Below, one piece after another: positions 53,195 to 64,000 of a stretch of DNA of 64,000 bases. The number at the start of each line of letters is the position of its first letter. The first letter of the stretch is position 1. The notes beneath the pieces were generated by a model. That model saw only the letters and a list, made by a program, of their open reading frames with translations. It searched no databases and was not told the origin of the DNA. Made by a program: the position numbers and the translations under genes. The stretch lies in NCBI GenBank assembly GCA_964016885.1, contig OZ024740.1:192572001-192636000 (forward strand). The letters run 5' to 3'. Source of the DNA: Eledone cirrhosa. Taxonomy: Eukaryota.

Positions 53195-53569
53195 AAGATT
53201 TCTATTTCAGGTACAAAGCCAATAATTTAGAGGCATAGAGTGGGTAGTATATTTTATCGAACTCGGAAGGATAAAGTCTTAGTTGACCTTGGCGTGTGTA
53301 AACTCAGAACATAGAATGTTGTATCTCCAAACGGGAAATCATTTGTCCAACAATCCAAATATTAATAATGGTTTCTTATATAGGCACAAGGCCAGCAATT
53401 TCGGGGAGGGCAAAGTCGATTAAATCAACCCCAGTGCGTAACTGGTAATTTATTTTATCGACCCTGTATGGATAAAAAGCAAAGTTAACATTGGCGAAAT
53501 TTGAACTCAGATCATAAACACTATGCTGCAAAGCATTGCGTCCTCCCTCTACCTATACTGCAATCCACC
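53195..53569 (-). mobile_element. Two adjacent SINE copies (old 53195-53360; younger 53370-53569) in an AAT context
   Basis: ggcacaaggccagcaatt...tattttatcgaccc..ggataaaaagcaaagttaac..gaaatttgaactcag; same family as 33194-33381. Confidence 0.8.
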
Positions 53570-53590
53570 AATAATAATAATAATAATAAC

Positions 53591-53624
<34 letters not shown>

Positions 53625-53625
<1 letters not shown>

Positions 53626-54011
53626 GACAAGAATGTATCTATAAAAACATTTGAAAAATTGAGCAAGTATAAGGACCTGGAGATAGAAATTGGAAAAATG
53701 TGGAAATTGAGAACTAAAACAATACCAGTGGTTGTAGGCGCTCTGGGAATGATACCTAAGGGGTCTAACGACTACTTATCGCAAATCCCAGGAAACCCGC
53801 GTATAGGAGAAATACAAAAGATAGTTCTAATGGGAACTGCCCATATACTAAGGAAGATCCTGTCAATATAAGTACATCACAAGTCTAAACACTAAGGATG
53901 CATGTGTGAATATGTATGTTCTTTCTTGAACATGGCGGACCTTGTTGTCTCTTGAGGTCACTGGTTGTGACTTGGTGATAACTCGTATAAACATAAAGCA
54001 AGATAAATGCA
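53625..54011 (+). mobile_element. R4/Dong-like RLE retrotransposon, short 3' copy between (TAA)n tracts
   Basis: EKLSKYKDLEIEIGKMWKLRTKTIPVVVGALG...IQKIVLMGTAHILRKILSI*, then 3' UTR and (TAA)n. Confidence 0.88.
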
Positions 54012-54065
<54 letters not shown>

Positions 54066-54069
<4 letters not shown>

Positions 54070-54543
54070 ACCTAATGGATGCAAATAGACCTGATATATT
54101 ACTGAAGGACTTTAAAAAGAGGGCATGCCTGCTAATTGATATGTCCGTTCCAATAGACAAGAATGTATCTATAAAAACATTTGAAAAATTGAGCAAGTAT
54201 AAGGACCTGGAGATAGAAATTGGAAACATGTGGAAATTGAGAACTAAAACAATACCAGTGGTTGTAGGCGCTCTATGAATGATACCTAAGGGGTCTAATG
54301 ATTACTTATCGCAAATCCCAGGAAACCCGCGTATAGGAGAAATACAAAAGATAGTACTAATGGGAACTGTTCATATACTAAGGAAGATTCTGTCAATATA
54401 AGTACGTCACAAGTATAAACACCTAAAGAGGCATGTGTGAGTATGTATGTTCTTTCTTGAACATGGCGGATCTTGTTGTCTCTTGAGGCCACTGGTTGTG
54501 ACTTGGTGATAACTCGCATGAACATAAAGCAAGATAAATGCAA
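54066..54543 (+). mobile_element. R4/Dong-like RLE retrotransposon, second short 3' copy
   Basis: NRPDILLKD....CLLIDMSVP.D.NVS.K..EKLSKYKDL (PD..D..K RLE motif); nearly identical to the preceding copy but with a longer 5' extent. Confidence 0.88.
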
Positions 54544-54829
54544 CTATAATAATAATAATAATAAAATAATAATAATAATGCTTTATTTATTAACCACAAG
54601 GGTTTACACAAAGTAGACATTAAGGACAGTACGGGACAATACAGGAGTGTACAAAACGGCATTTCTGCGTGTAAAAAAACAAAAAACAGAGGATGTAATA
54701 ACAGAACAATAAAGAAATTCCCCAATAGGTGGGAGACTTCCGAGGGACATTCGTGGAGAAAGCCCATTAAAAAGCCACAGTGACCCTGACCACCAGGGCA
54801 AGTCCCCTCTCCCAATATTCCACCTTTAA

Positions 54830-57800
54830 TTTACAGACACATATTCACTCGGGCCATACTCTCTCATCCATCCTTCAACAAAATGCTGGGAAGAGAGCAC
54901 TTCCCTCTCTACCCTGATTTTCCTTTTTCAATTGAAATTTGAAAAAGTTAATCACGGCATCACCGAAGAGGTAATTGCTCGTCTTCAGCCCTTTCAGACG
55001 TGTCCACCTTACTATCTCTTTTGCCATGGCAACCAGACAGATAAAAACTGCCTGTCCTTCCAGGCTAAAGGAAGAGGGCGGGGCGATCCTCACGATGGAC
55101 TCAGCTGATAGCTGGATCCGTCCTACACGCGACAGCAGGTGTTCGACATAAAGCCAAAAGTGAGAAATTTTCGGACACTGGACGAGTGCGTGCAGGACGG
55201 TTTCGTCGCCCTCCGTGCATCTCGGACATGCGCGGCTGACGGCACCACCATGCCTGTAGAGTTTATCCCGAACTGGCAAAGCTCCTCGGTAGCACTGCCA
55301 GGCCAGAGATTTCTGGAAGTTGTCCATAGAACCGGCCCGAGAGTTCTTCCGAAGAGATTGGCTAGTTGATATTCGTCGACGCCTGGAGTATCCCCAAGTA
55401 CGTCGTCGCTCTTCCCCTCCACTAATCCTCTATAGAACGCCAAGGTGGAGTTTCCACCGATCACATTGCCCGATTGGTCGAGAGCTGTGAGCGCCTGAAG
55501 ACATTCCAGTCTCCAAGCGCTCCCTCTCGGTCTTCGCTTGACCCAGGACTGCAGCTCCGTCAAGGAGACGAGCTGGGGAAATACGCGTCTAGCAAACGGC
55601 GACCATACCTGATCACCGCCGAGGAGGAGGTGGAGATGTCGTAGCCTGAGCGCGTGTCTGCGCAACATCAGCCACTGCATTCCCAGCCCTCCACGTAGCG
55701 GGTGTTGACAGCAGATGGACAGCCTGACCATCGGAGCGCGTCCCTTCCACAAAAAGCGAAAGAGCAAACGCTCCAGCGCAGTCAGGTGAGACTTAGGAAA
55801 AGATACGACGGTCAGGCGGTAGTAGATGACGGACGCGATCTACGCGTTAGCCACCTCTGCTCGACCTTTCAGGGATAGCTTCTTCGCCCATTTCTGGGTG
55901 AAAGAAGCCACCTTGCTCGTCAACTCGTCCCAGTTTTTGTCCGTCTGGGTTCCGGACCGAACCAGACCCATAGCAATTTAACCGGTCCTTCTGTCCAGCG
56001 CCAGACGACGCTGTTGGACGGCATGGACCTGCCTCTCCAGGTGCCGAGCTGCAGGCCCACTGACCTTTCCTGGTTGATAATTGCTCCTGTCACCGCTTCG
56101 TATTCTCTTAGTGTAGTGCCGATCGCCTCGATCTGTTTGGCGTTCGACACCACTACCGTGACATCGTCCGCATATGCTTACACGGATATTCCGCATCCTA
56201 GTTCGCGCGGGACCCACCTCAACATCTCCGGTTTGTGCAGTAATGGCTCGAGAGTCAATACGTACAAGAGGGATGAGAGGGGACATCCTTGGCGGACCGA
56301 GCGCATGATGTTGAACGGTTCCGAAAGGTGACCGTTCACTCTCACCACAGAGCAGATGTCGCTGAGAATGGCAGCGATCTAGCCTCTGAAGACTTGCCAA
56401 AAGCCAGCCGCCCTCTTGACTGCTACTAGTTAACGATGGTCGACCCTATCGAAAGCTTTCGACTGATCGAAATTGATCAAGGACCCACCCGTGTCTGCGC
56501 CTCTCCCACCAGACCACCAAGCCAAGCGCCAACCCCTCTGCTAGCACCTTGTCCAAAATCTTGTAATCTGAGTTTAGCAGAGTTTTGGACCTGAAATTAT
56601 CTATGTTATCCCCCTTGTTTGGTTCCTTTCTCAGCAGCGCCACCGCTCCTCGGCTTACAGAGATGGGAATTATCCCATTATTTTGCCAGTTGCAGTAGAC
56701 GTCCGCCAAGAGGCCTCCGAACAAGTCTGGCATATGTACGTAAAGTTTATAGGGCAGACCATCGAAACGAGGCGATTTACCCCTTGTGCAGCCAGTCATT
56801 GCCTCCCGTACTGCAGCGGCTGTTATCGGCTTTTCGCAACACTCCGCCTCAGTGGCCGAGAGCCGGGGAAGTTCGTCGAGGTAGACACTAAAGTCCATCC
56901 CTCGATCCGGCCCGCCGCTTCCCGCGTGTCTGAGAGCATGCACACTAGCTCTGACAACGCAGCCTTTGTGCTTTGCATTGAAGAATTGGTCAAGGGCCAA
57001 TTTCGCCGCAAGTACGTCGGTCGCGATGCCTTTGCTAAGCGCCTCGTCTAATTTTCTAACTAGTTCTCCCTCTGCTCTATGTTTCTCTATTGTTAAAGTC
57101 TTACTAAACCTAATGGACTCTATTCTAATCGCTCTTTTCAGAGCAAAACACCACTTGATGTTGACGATGGCCGTCGTCAACGTCCGCTACTAGTTCGCTA
57201 ATCCGGTCTCTGTAAGCCTTGCGCGCTAGTAAGGACGCGTTTAGCTTCCAGTAGCCGGGTCCGCGTCTACGAAGCCTATCTAAGTGAAGCACACAGATCA
57301 CGAATTTGTGGTACGTGTAGCTGACTATCTTGAATTGTGGACAGCCTATGCTAGACCTATCTATTTCCCTACAAAATACTCTATCTAGATATGAGATCTT
57401 GATGATACTGTGCGATTTGTCCAAGTCCACATTGGCACATTCGGGAAATATAATCGGTACCTGTCAGACAGTTAAAATCACCTGTGCAGGTAGCTGAGGC
57501 TCGTGTACCCTCCTCCCCTATCCGCTAATCTCACACAGTCCCAGCGTGCATCTAAGATCCCGTTCCAGTCGCCCACTAACACTAAAGAGCGGGACGTTCC
57601 AAGAAAGGTCTACAGACGCCGGTAGAAATCAGGCCGCCCGGCTCCTGTTGGGGCATAAACGGCCACTAGCCTGAAAGCTTGCCCGTCTCCGCTGGTCACG
57701 TCCGACACCACCAACTAACCCTCTGGGTCCAGGAATATGGCCCGTATGGCGAGATCCAAACCTCTCCGAAAAAGCTCAGCAAGTCCACCTCCCGATCCAG

Positions 57801-57990
57801 GACGGCTGGGAGATGCGTACACATCGTAGCCGCCGAAGATCGGTGCGAAGGCCCGTGCTTTGGAGATTCTGGTCTCGCTGATGGCCACTACATCTATGTT
57901 TAGTGACCTGAGGTCGTTGAGCAGGTGGCCCTGCTTCCATGACGACTCCAAGTCACGCGCATTTATGCTGCCTATTCTGAATGAGGTCAT
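54830..57990 (-). pseudogene. LINE ORF2 (APE-RT), frameshifted
   Basis: MTSFRIGSINAR, SYLDRVF, GPGYWKLN, DGLPYKLY, DNFRS.TLLNSDYKIL, CPRCTEGDETVLHALVQCP. Confidence 0.9.
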
Positions 57991-58024
57991 GTTGAAATGG
58001 AGTGGAAAAGATGGGAAATACCAC

Positions 58025-59965
58025 TTACCTTACTTCTCGTAGAGGAAGGACGGTTTCACCATCCTTTTCAGTGCTTCTGTCCTCCTTTGGAAGGATGTCC
58101 TTATAAATCCTCCTGGAGAGTGCTTGTCGGAAGTCTCCGATGTCTTTGGGGTATTTTTGTTTTAGTGTCGTGTACGTTTTCTGTGCGATGCGAGTAGTTT
58201 GTATGTGTGCAGGTGTTGTGAACTTTTGGGTTGTTGTGTAGTCTTTTTCTGTGGTGCTGCTGTTGTGTTGGATGTAGTGTAATAATTTGTTGTTGTCCAA
58301 ATTTATTACTGTGTAGTGTGTATCGTTTTGGTTGTTTTGTTTTGCTTGCGTTTGTTGTGGGTTTGTTTGTGTTACGCTTTTTGGTGACCTTTGTGGTGTG
58401 GTGTTGGTGGTGGTGTTGGGGTTAATGATGGTGATGGTGTTGGTGTTTGTGGTGATGCTGTTGGTGATGATGGTGTGGATGGTGGCATATCTGTCCTAAC
58501 TTTTTTTGTATCATAGTTTATCTTTTCCCTCTGAGTTTTGTTTTTGGAGGAGGAAGGAAGAGGAATTTTTCTTTTTTGGTTTCTATTCCTTTTTTTCTTT
58601 TTTACTGATACCGTTTCCCACTCCTCGCGTCACAATCTGTCTCCAGTTGCGATAGGTCGGTGAGTGGAAAATCCTCCACAGGCGTTGGTTTTGGTTGTGG
58701 CGTGGTAGATGGTGTAGGCGCTGGTGCTTGTTCTGGCGCGTTGGGTTGTGTTGGTTTTGTTACTGTTGCTGGGGTTGTTGCTGTTACAGTTGCTTCTGTT
58801 GTTGCTGCTACAGTTGTGGCTGCCATTTCTGCTGCTGGTGGTGCTGATGGTTGTGTCATTGGGTTGGGTAAGAGAGGTGGTCTCAGCCTTTTAACCTGAT
58901 GGTAGAAAGCTCTTAGGTGTGTTCCTTCACCACAAACGACAAACCTAGGCCTTCTTCCTTCGACGATTACGGTGAGGTGGCTGCTGTCAGTGAGGTCTAT
59001 TACCTCTGGGATCTCCTCAATGCTTTTTTGGTCCGCTTGGATCAGGAGCTCCATCCCTGCTCCGGACCAGTTCTCCTGCTTTTCTTTCGCTATTTCAATT
59101 ATCTTGGTATTGGCCTCGATGCCGGCGAGGACGGCAGCCATTAGCCAGGGAATTTCGATGGCCGGTGGAACGTGGGTCACCCTGATATTCACGAGACTCT
59201 GGCCACAAAGGCTTGGGACGAGTGTGAAGTCGTCACTTTTTAATGGGGCCATGGAGTGTTTTCTGGCCTCCTGTGGTGTTCCAAAGAACACGTCAACGGT
59301 TCCATATTTCTGCCCACGTCTGATGTCGTTTTTCTTTGCCCACACATGTCCCAAAGCTTTTTGGATTTGGGACTCGGATGCCCGTTCCACTCGGCGCGAT
59401 TTTATGTTAATCGTCGGATAAGACACGGTGCATAGGCACCGATGCTCCATTTTTATTAGGTGGGAGGGTGAGGCTGATCCTCTACCCATCTTTCTTTACC
59501 GTTCTTTTGGCTTCTTCTAATTCCTCCTGAGTTACCTGCATTGCTTCGCACTTTTTTGCTACTCTGGCAAAAAGACACGGTGGTTTCTTATTCTCATTGT
59601 TGTTGTTGCTCTTGTTGCTATCGTTATTTTTGTTATTGTTAATTTTAGTTTCAGTTGTGGTGGTGGTGGCGTCAGTGATGTTGGGTTTGGAAGAGTTCAT
59701 TTTGGGTGAATCCATTTCGATGTCACAAGAACATTTCTTTCTTTCTTTTGTTTCTGTTGTCGATGTGGTGTTGGTGGGGGGGGGGAGTGGCGGATTCAAC
59801 ACCTGCAGTCATTGGTAATGGCGGGAAATGAATGTCTGCATGAGACAAATTTAAAATATTGCTATTGCTTATATCTTTAGTGTTGGCAAACGTAGTAATA
59901 TTTACAATGGTGGTGTCGGTGTGAGGTGTTAGATTGTGAGGAAGGTGTGACTCTGAGTCGTCCAT
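58025..59965 (-). pseudogene. LINE ORF1, frameshifted
   Basis: ORF pieces 59723-59965, 59482-59802, 58602-59489 and 58025-58300 are collinear with copy 1 ORF1. Confidence 0.8.
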
Positions 59966-60187
59966 GATTTTTTTTCAAAGAAAATATTTGTTTGATAATT
60001 AGAAAAGTTTAAATCTCTTTGAGTGTCCTTTTCAGAGAACAATGCATGTGCACTTATATACAGTTAACAATACTAATTTTCCATAAATAGCAATTTTACA
60101 CAACTGAAAATAACAAATATTTGCGGAGCTCACCATAATACGATTTACTATGTAGGTCGCCAATAATAATAATAATAGTAAACATAA

Positions 60188-60218
<31 letters not shown>

Positions 60219-60225
60219 AAAAATA

Positions 60226-62677
60226 AACCAGAAGATGCTGTTTGTACAGCTTGAAGGGAAAGAAAGAGTCAACGACTTGATCCCTGAGGTGGAACAAACT
60301 AAGACATTCTGGAGAGGAATATGGGAGCAGGATGTTAAACATAATGACCAGGCAGTGTGGATTGACACAGTACAAACAAGGAGAATAGTGAACAGGCACA
60401 CCAACAAACTGATTTGAGTATCAGAGTTGAAACTCTTAAGGGGCAGGCCAAAAAACTAACCAACTGGAAACCACCAGGCCCAGATGGTGTGCAGGAGTAT
60501 TGGATTAAAAATATAACATCCCTCCACCCGAAAGTGACAACCATGTACAAAGACTGCTTGTTCAATGTCAGGTCAGGTACCAGAGTGGTTGACAAAAGGT
60601 ACCGCAGTTCTGGTAATGAAAGACCGAATCAAGGGTAATGATGTTACCAACTATAGAGCTATCACATGTCTGTCCGTAATGTGTAAACTGTTGACAAGCA
60701 TTATGTCTGAGGAAATCTACCATCACCTCCACACAAACAACTTGTTACCGGACGAACAGAAAGGATGCCGAAAGAAGTCCCGTAGTACAAAGGACCAGTT
60801 ACTTATTGATAAGATGGTAATGAGGAATTGCAAGAGGAGACAAACTGGTCTTGCCATGGGATGGATAGACTACAAAAACGCATTTGACATGGTGCTCCAT
60901 TCTTGGATCACCAAAAGCCTAGAGATCTTCAGGGCGGCATATAACTTCAGACAGTTGTTGAGCAAAAGTATGAAGTCATTTAAAAACAGAGTTATCACCA
61001 GCTGGAGAATTCTTGGGAGGCGTGAAGATCAAGAGAGGTATCTTCCAGGGAGATAGTCTGTCCCCTCTGTTGTTTGTCCTTGCCTTTATGCCCCTGACCA
61101 TTATACTACGAAAAGTGAGAGCAGGATACAAGTTGGGAAAGGGAGAGCTTACTATCAATCACCTCATCTTCATGGACGATCTTAAGCTCTTCGGGAAGAG
61201 TGAGAAGTAGTTGGATGTGCTTGTTGACACTGTCCGTATTTTCAGCAATGATATATGTATGCAATTTGGTATTAGTAAGTGTGGAGTCCTTGTGATGAAG
61301 AAGGGTAAATTGAGAAGAAGCAACGGAATCCAGGTACCAACAGGTGAGATGATAAAGGAAATTGACACTGAAGAAGGATTCAAGTATTTGGGTGTTCTGG
61401 AGTCTGATGACATCAAGAACAAAAAAAAATGAAGGAATTTATAAGATCTGAATACATTCGGAGAGTAAGGACCGTATTAAAGTCACATCTGAACAGTGGG
61501 AATGCCATAGGTGCAGTAAATTCGCAAGCTGTGTCTATTATTAGGTACAGTGCGGGAATTCTGAGATGGAATGTTGCTGAACAAAAAGAAATGGATAGGA
61601 AGACTAGGAAGTTATTGACTATCTACAACATCTTTCACAACAGGAGTGATGTCGATAGACTCTACTTAAGGAGATCTGAATCTGGAAGAGGTCTTATCAG
61701 CATAGAGGACTGTGGTCTGATGGAGGAAAAACAACCTACACAAATACGTGACCGATAGTAAGGAGCCCATGCTCAGAATTGTACTGCAGGAGAGGACAAT
61801 AGACCAGGGGATCTCCAAGGAGGAAATAACAACAAGGAGAAAGAGCAGCCTTCATGAAAAATCCCTTCATAGTACCTTTTTAGAGAAAACAGAATTCAGA
61901 GATCCACAGACATGGAACTGGTTGAAAGGAGGAGACGTTAAAACGGCTACAGAAGGAATGCTAATGGCTGCGCAAGAGCAAGCCCTCAAAATGAAGTGGC
62001 TGAAACACCATATTTACAAGGAGGAGGCTAGCCCACTGTGCAGGTTCTGTGGAGAGAGGAAACTGTGGCTCACATTGTATCCGAGTGTAAACACCTAGCC
62101 CAGACTCACTATAAAGGCTGGAGACATGATGTAATGGGCAGGGTGATCCTCTGGCACCTATGCAAAGTAAACAATTTACCACATTCTGAGAAGTGGTATG
62201 AGCATAAGCCAGAGTCGGTGATAGAAAACGATTAGGTGAAGCTGCTGTGGGATTTTAGGATACAGACGGACAAAAACTGGAACAAAATAGGTCTGACCTG
62301 GTGGTTTGGGACAAGGAAAAAAGATCGTACCTGATTGTGGATGTGGCCTGCCCATTCGACACAAGAATGCAAGAGAAGGAGAGGGAGAAAATTAACCGAT
62401 ACCAGGATTTACAGTGGGAGGTAAAAATGATTTGGAACTGCCATGAATTCAAAGTGATCCCGATTGTCATTAGCGCATTATATACTATCTCAAAAAGTTT
62501 CCAGGGATGGTTAAAGAAAATTGGCCCCGCTCCACCTTTTGGAACACTTCAAAAGGCATGCTTGCTGGGAACAGCAAGAACCCTCAGATATGTCCTGAAT
62601 CTCTGAGGCTGCAGGTAGCAGCTTGATATTCATTTCAACAAACTTTCCAGTTAAATGACATTAATGACTGAGACTCA
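60226..62677 (+). mobile_element. R4/Dong-like non-LTR retrotransposon (RT, CCHC, RLE), 5'-truncated
   Basis: NWKPPGPDGVQEYWIK, NYRAITCL, EQKGC, WIDYKNAFD, GIFQGDSLSPLLF, HLIFMDDLKL, CRFCG...ETVAHIVSEC...RHD, DLVV..IVDVACP..EKINRYQDL; ends in (TAA)n. Confidence 0.92.
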
Positions 62678-62686
62678 AATAATAAC

Positions 62687-62734
<48 letters not shown>

Positions 62735-62736
<2 letters not shown>

Positions 62737-64000
62737 TTTCTTTATTGGCCACAAGGGTTGACATCAAGAAAAACATCACAGATGGAACAGGTGGTACGAT
62801 GTGGGTTTTGTGCGTGTAAATATTTTTTTATTATTTATATAAGAAAAGAAAAAAGACATAAAACATATATATATATAAACAATAAAATGAAAATTGAAAC
62901 AATGAAAAATTCCCCAATAGGAGGGAAACCTCCGAGGGTTACTCGTGGCGAAAACCACACAAAAGACCACGGCCAACCTGACTACCAGGGCAAGCGCCCT
63001 CTCTCAATTTTTCCATCTCTCAAACTAGAGACGTTTATTCAGAGTGGTCCCGTTCACTCGGACCAACCTCCCTACATTCACCCAACTTTCAACAAACTTG
63101 CTAGAAAGCAGCACTTGCCTCTCCACCCTGATATTCCTCTTCAAGTGAAACTTGAAAATCAGGGATTCGCCGAAGGGGAAAGTGTTTGTCTTTAATCCTT
63201 TTAACCTTGTCCACCACACAATCTCTTTAGCCATGGCCACCAGGCAGATGAAAACCGCCTGCCCTTCCTCCTCAAAGAAAGACGGCGAGACCATCTGCAC
63301 AATGGACTCAGTCGACAACGGGTTCAGTCCCAGACGTGACAGCCACTGTTCGACATAGCTCCACAAGTCAGCAATGCTCGGTCACTGAACGAGTGCGTGC
63401 ACAACGGTTTCGCTCTGCGCGCATCTCGGAGAGGCTCGGATGACGGCACTTCCGTGCCTGTAGAGCTTATCTCGAACCGGCAGCGCTTCCCGGTAGCACT
63501 GCCAGGCCAGGTATTTTTGGAAGTTATCCATAGGCCCCGGGCTGAAAGTTCTCCGGAAGAGAGCAAGCAGCTGATCTTCTTCGACGCCCAGGATCTCTCC
63601 GAGAACGTCGTCGCTCTTCCCCTCCACTATTCCTCTATAGAACGCCGAGGTGAATGTTCCACCGATACTGGTGCCCAACTGGGAGAGGGCAGTGAGCGCC
63701 TGGAGACATTCCAGTTTCCAAGCGCTATCCCTCGGTCTTTTTCTGACCCAGGACTGCAGCTCCGTCAAGGAGACGAGCTGTGGGAAAATGTGCCTGGCGA
63801 ACGGCGACCACACCCGTTCACCATCAAGGAAGCACCAGAGATGTCGCAGCCTCAGCGCATGATTGCGCATCATCAGCTATGGCATGCCCAGTCCTCAACG
63901 CAACGGGTGTTGACAGCAGATGGATCGTCTGACCATGGGAGCGTGTCCCTTCCACAATAAGCGGAAGAGGAAGCGCTCCATTTTTGTGAGAGTTGGGCTG
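62735..64000 (-). mobile_element. Tx1/L1-clade LINE, subfamily C, 3' part (runs off the window)
   Basis: RNHALRLRHL...MDNFQKYLAWQCYREALPVRDKLYRHG...ETVVHAL; distinct 3' UTR ending CCCTTGTGGCCAATAAAGAAATC(ATT)n. Confidence 0.9.

Larger units (their letters stand above)
54580..60161 (-). mobile_element. Tx1/L1-clade LINE, subfamily A copy 2 (full-length termini, decayed)
   Basis: 5' end GGCGACCTACATAGTAAATCG; ORF1 about 58025-59965; ORF2 from 57990 with APE, RT and CPRC..ETVLHALVQC; 3' end CCCTTGTGGTTAATAAA..(ATT)n. Confidence 0.93.

Noticed and set aside
33533-63960. Plus-strand ORFs overlapping the Tx1-like LINEs
   Set aside because: They are antisense shadows of GC-richer ORF1/ORF2 sequence with no independent motifs.

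Overview
This is AT-rich, repeat-dominated animal genomic DNA; the SINE types and microsatellite load suggest an octopus or other cephalopod (inference). No intact host gene is supported, and most short ORF-track entries are translations of (TA)n/(CA)n/(AAT)n repeats. The window splits into two retroelement 'habitats'. (1) About 1-30 kb is rich in (TA)n and holds five decayed Penelope-like (GIY-YIG) fragments plus one RT-bearing PLE, three RTE/RTEX-type LINE 3' ends embedded in (TA)n, and a Helitron. It also holds about 10 type I hammerhead ribozyme (HHR) motifs, including a 466-bp retrozyme-like tandem unit and palindromes centred on HHR cores. (2) About 32-44.5 kb and 53-64 kb are two chains of retroelements joined only by (AAT)n/(ATT)n linkers. 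These contain five Tx1/L1-clade LINEs from three subfamilies (two full length, all minus strand), R4/Dong-like RLE elements (all plus strand) and tRNA-derived SINEs whose 3' end matches the Tx1-like LINE 3' end. The main candidate novel system is an (AAT)n-microsatellite-targeting LINE/SINE/Dong community that regenerates its own landing site. All calls come from reading the sequence by eye; no searches or folding were run.
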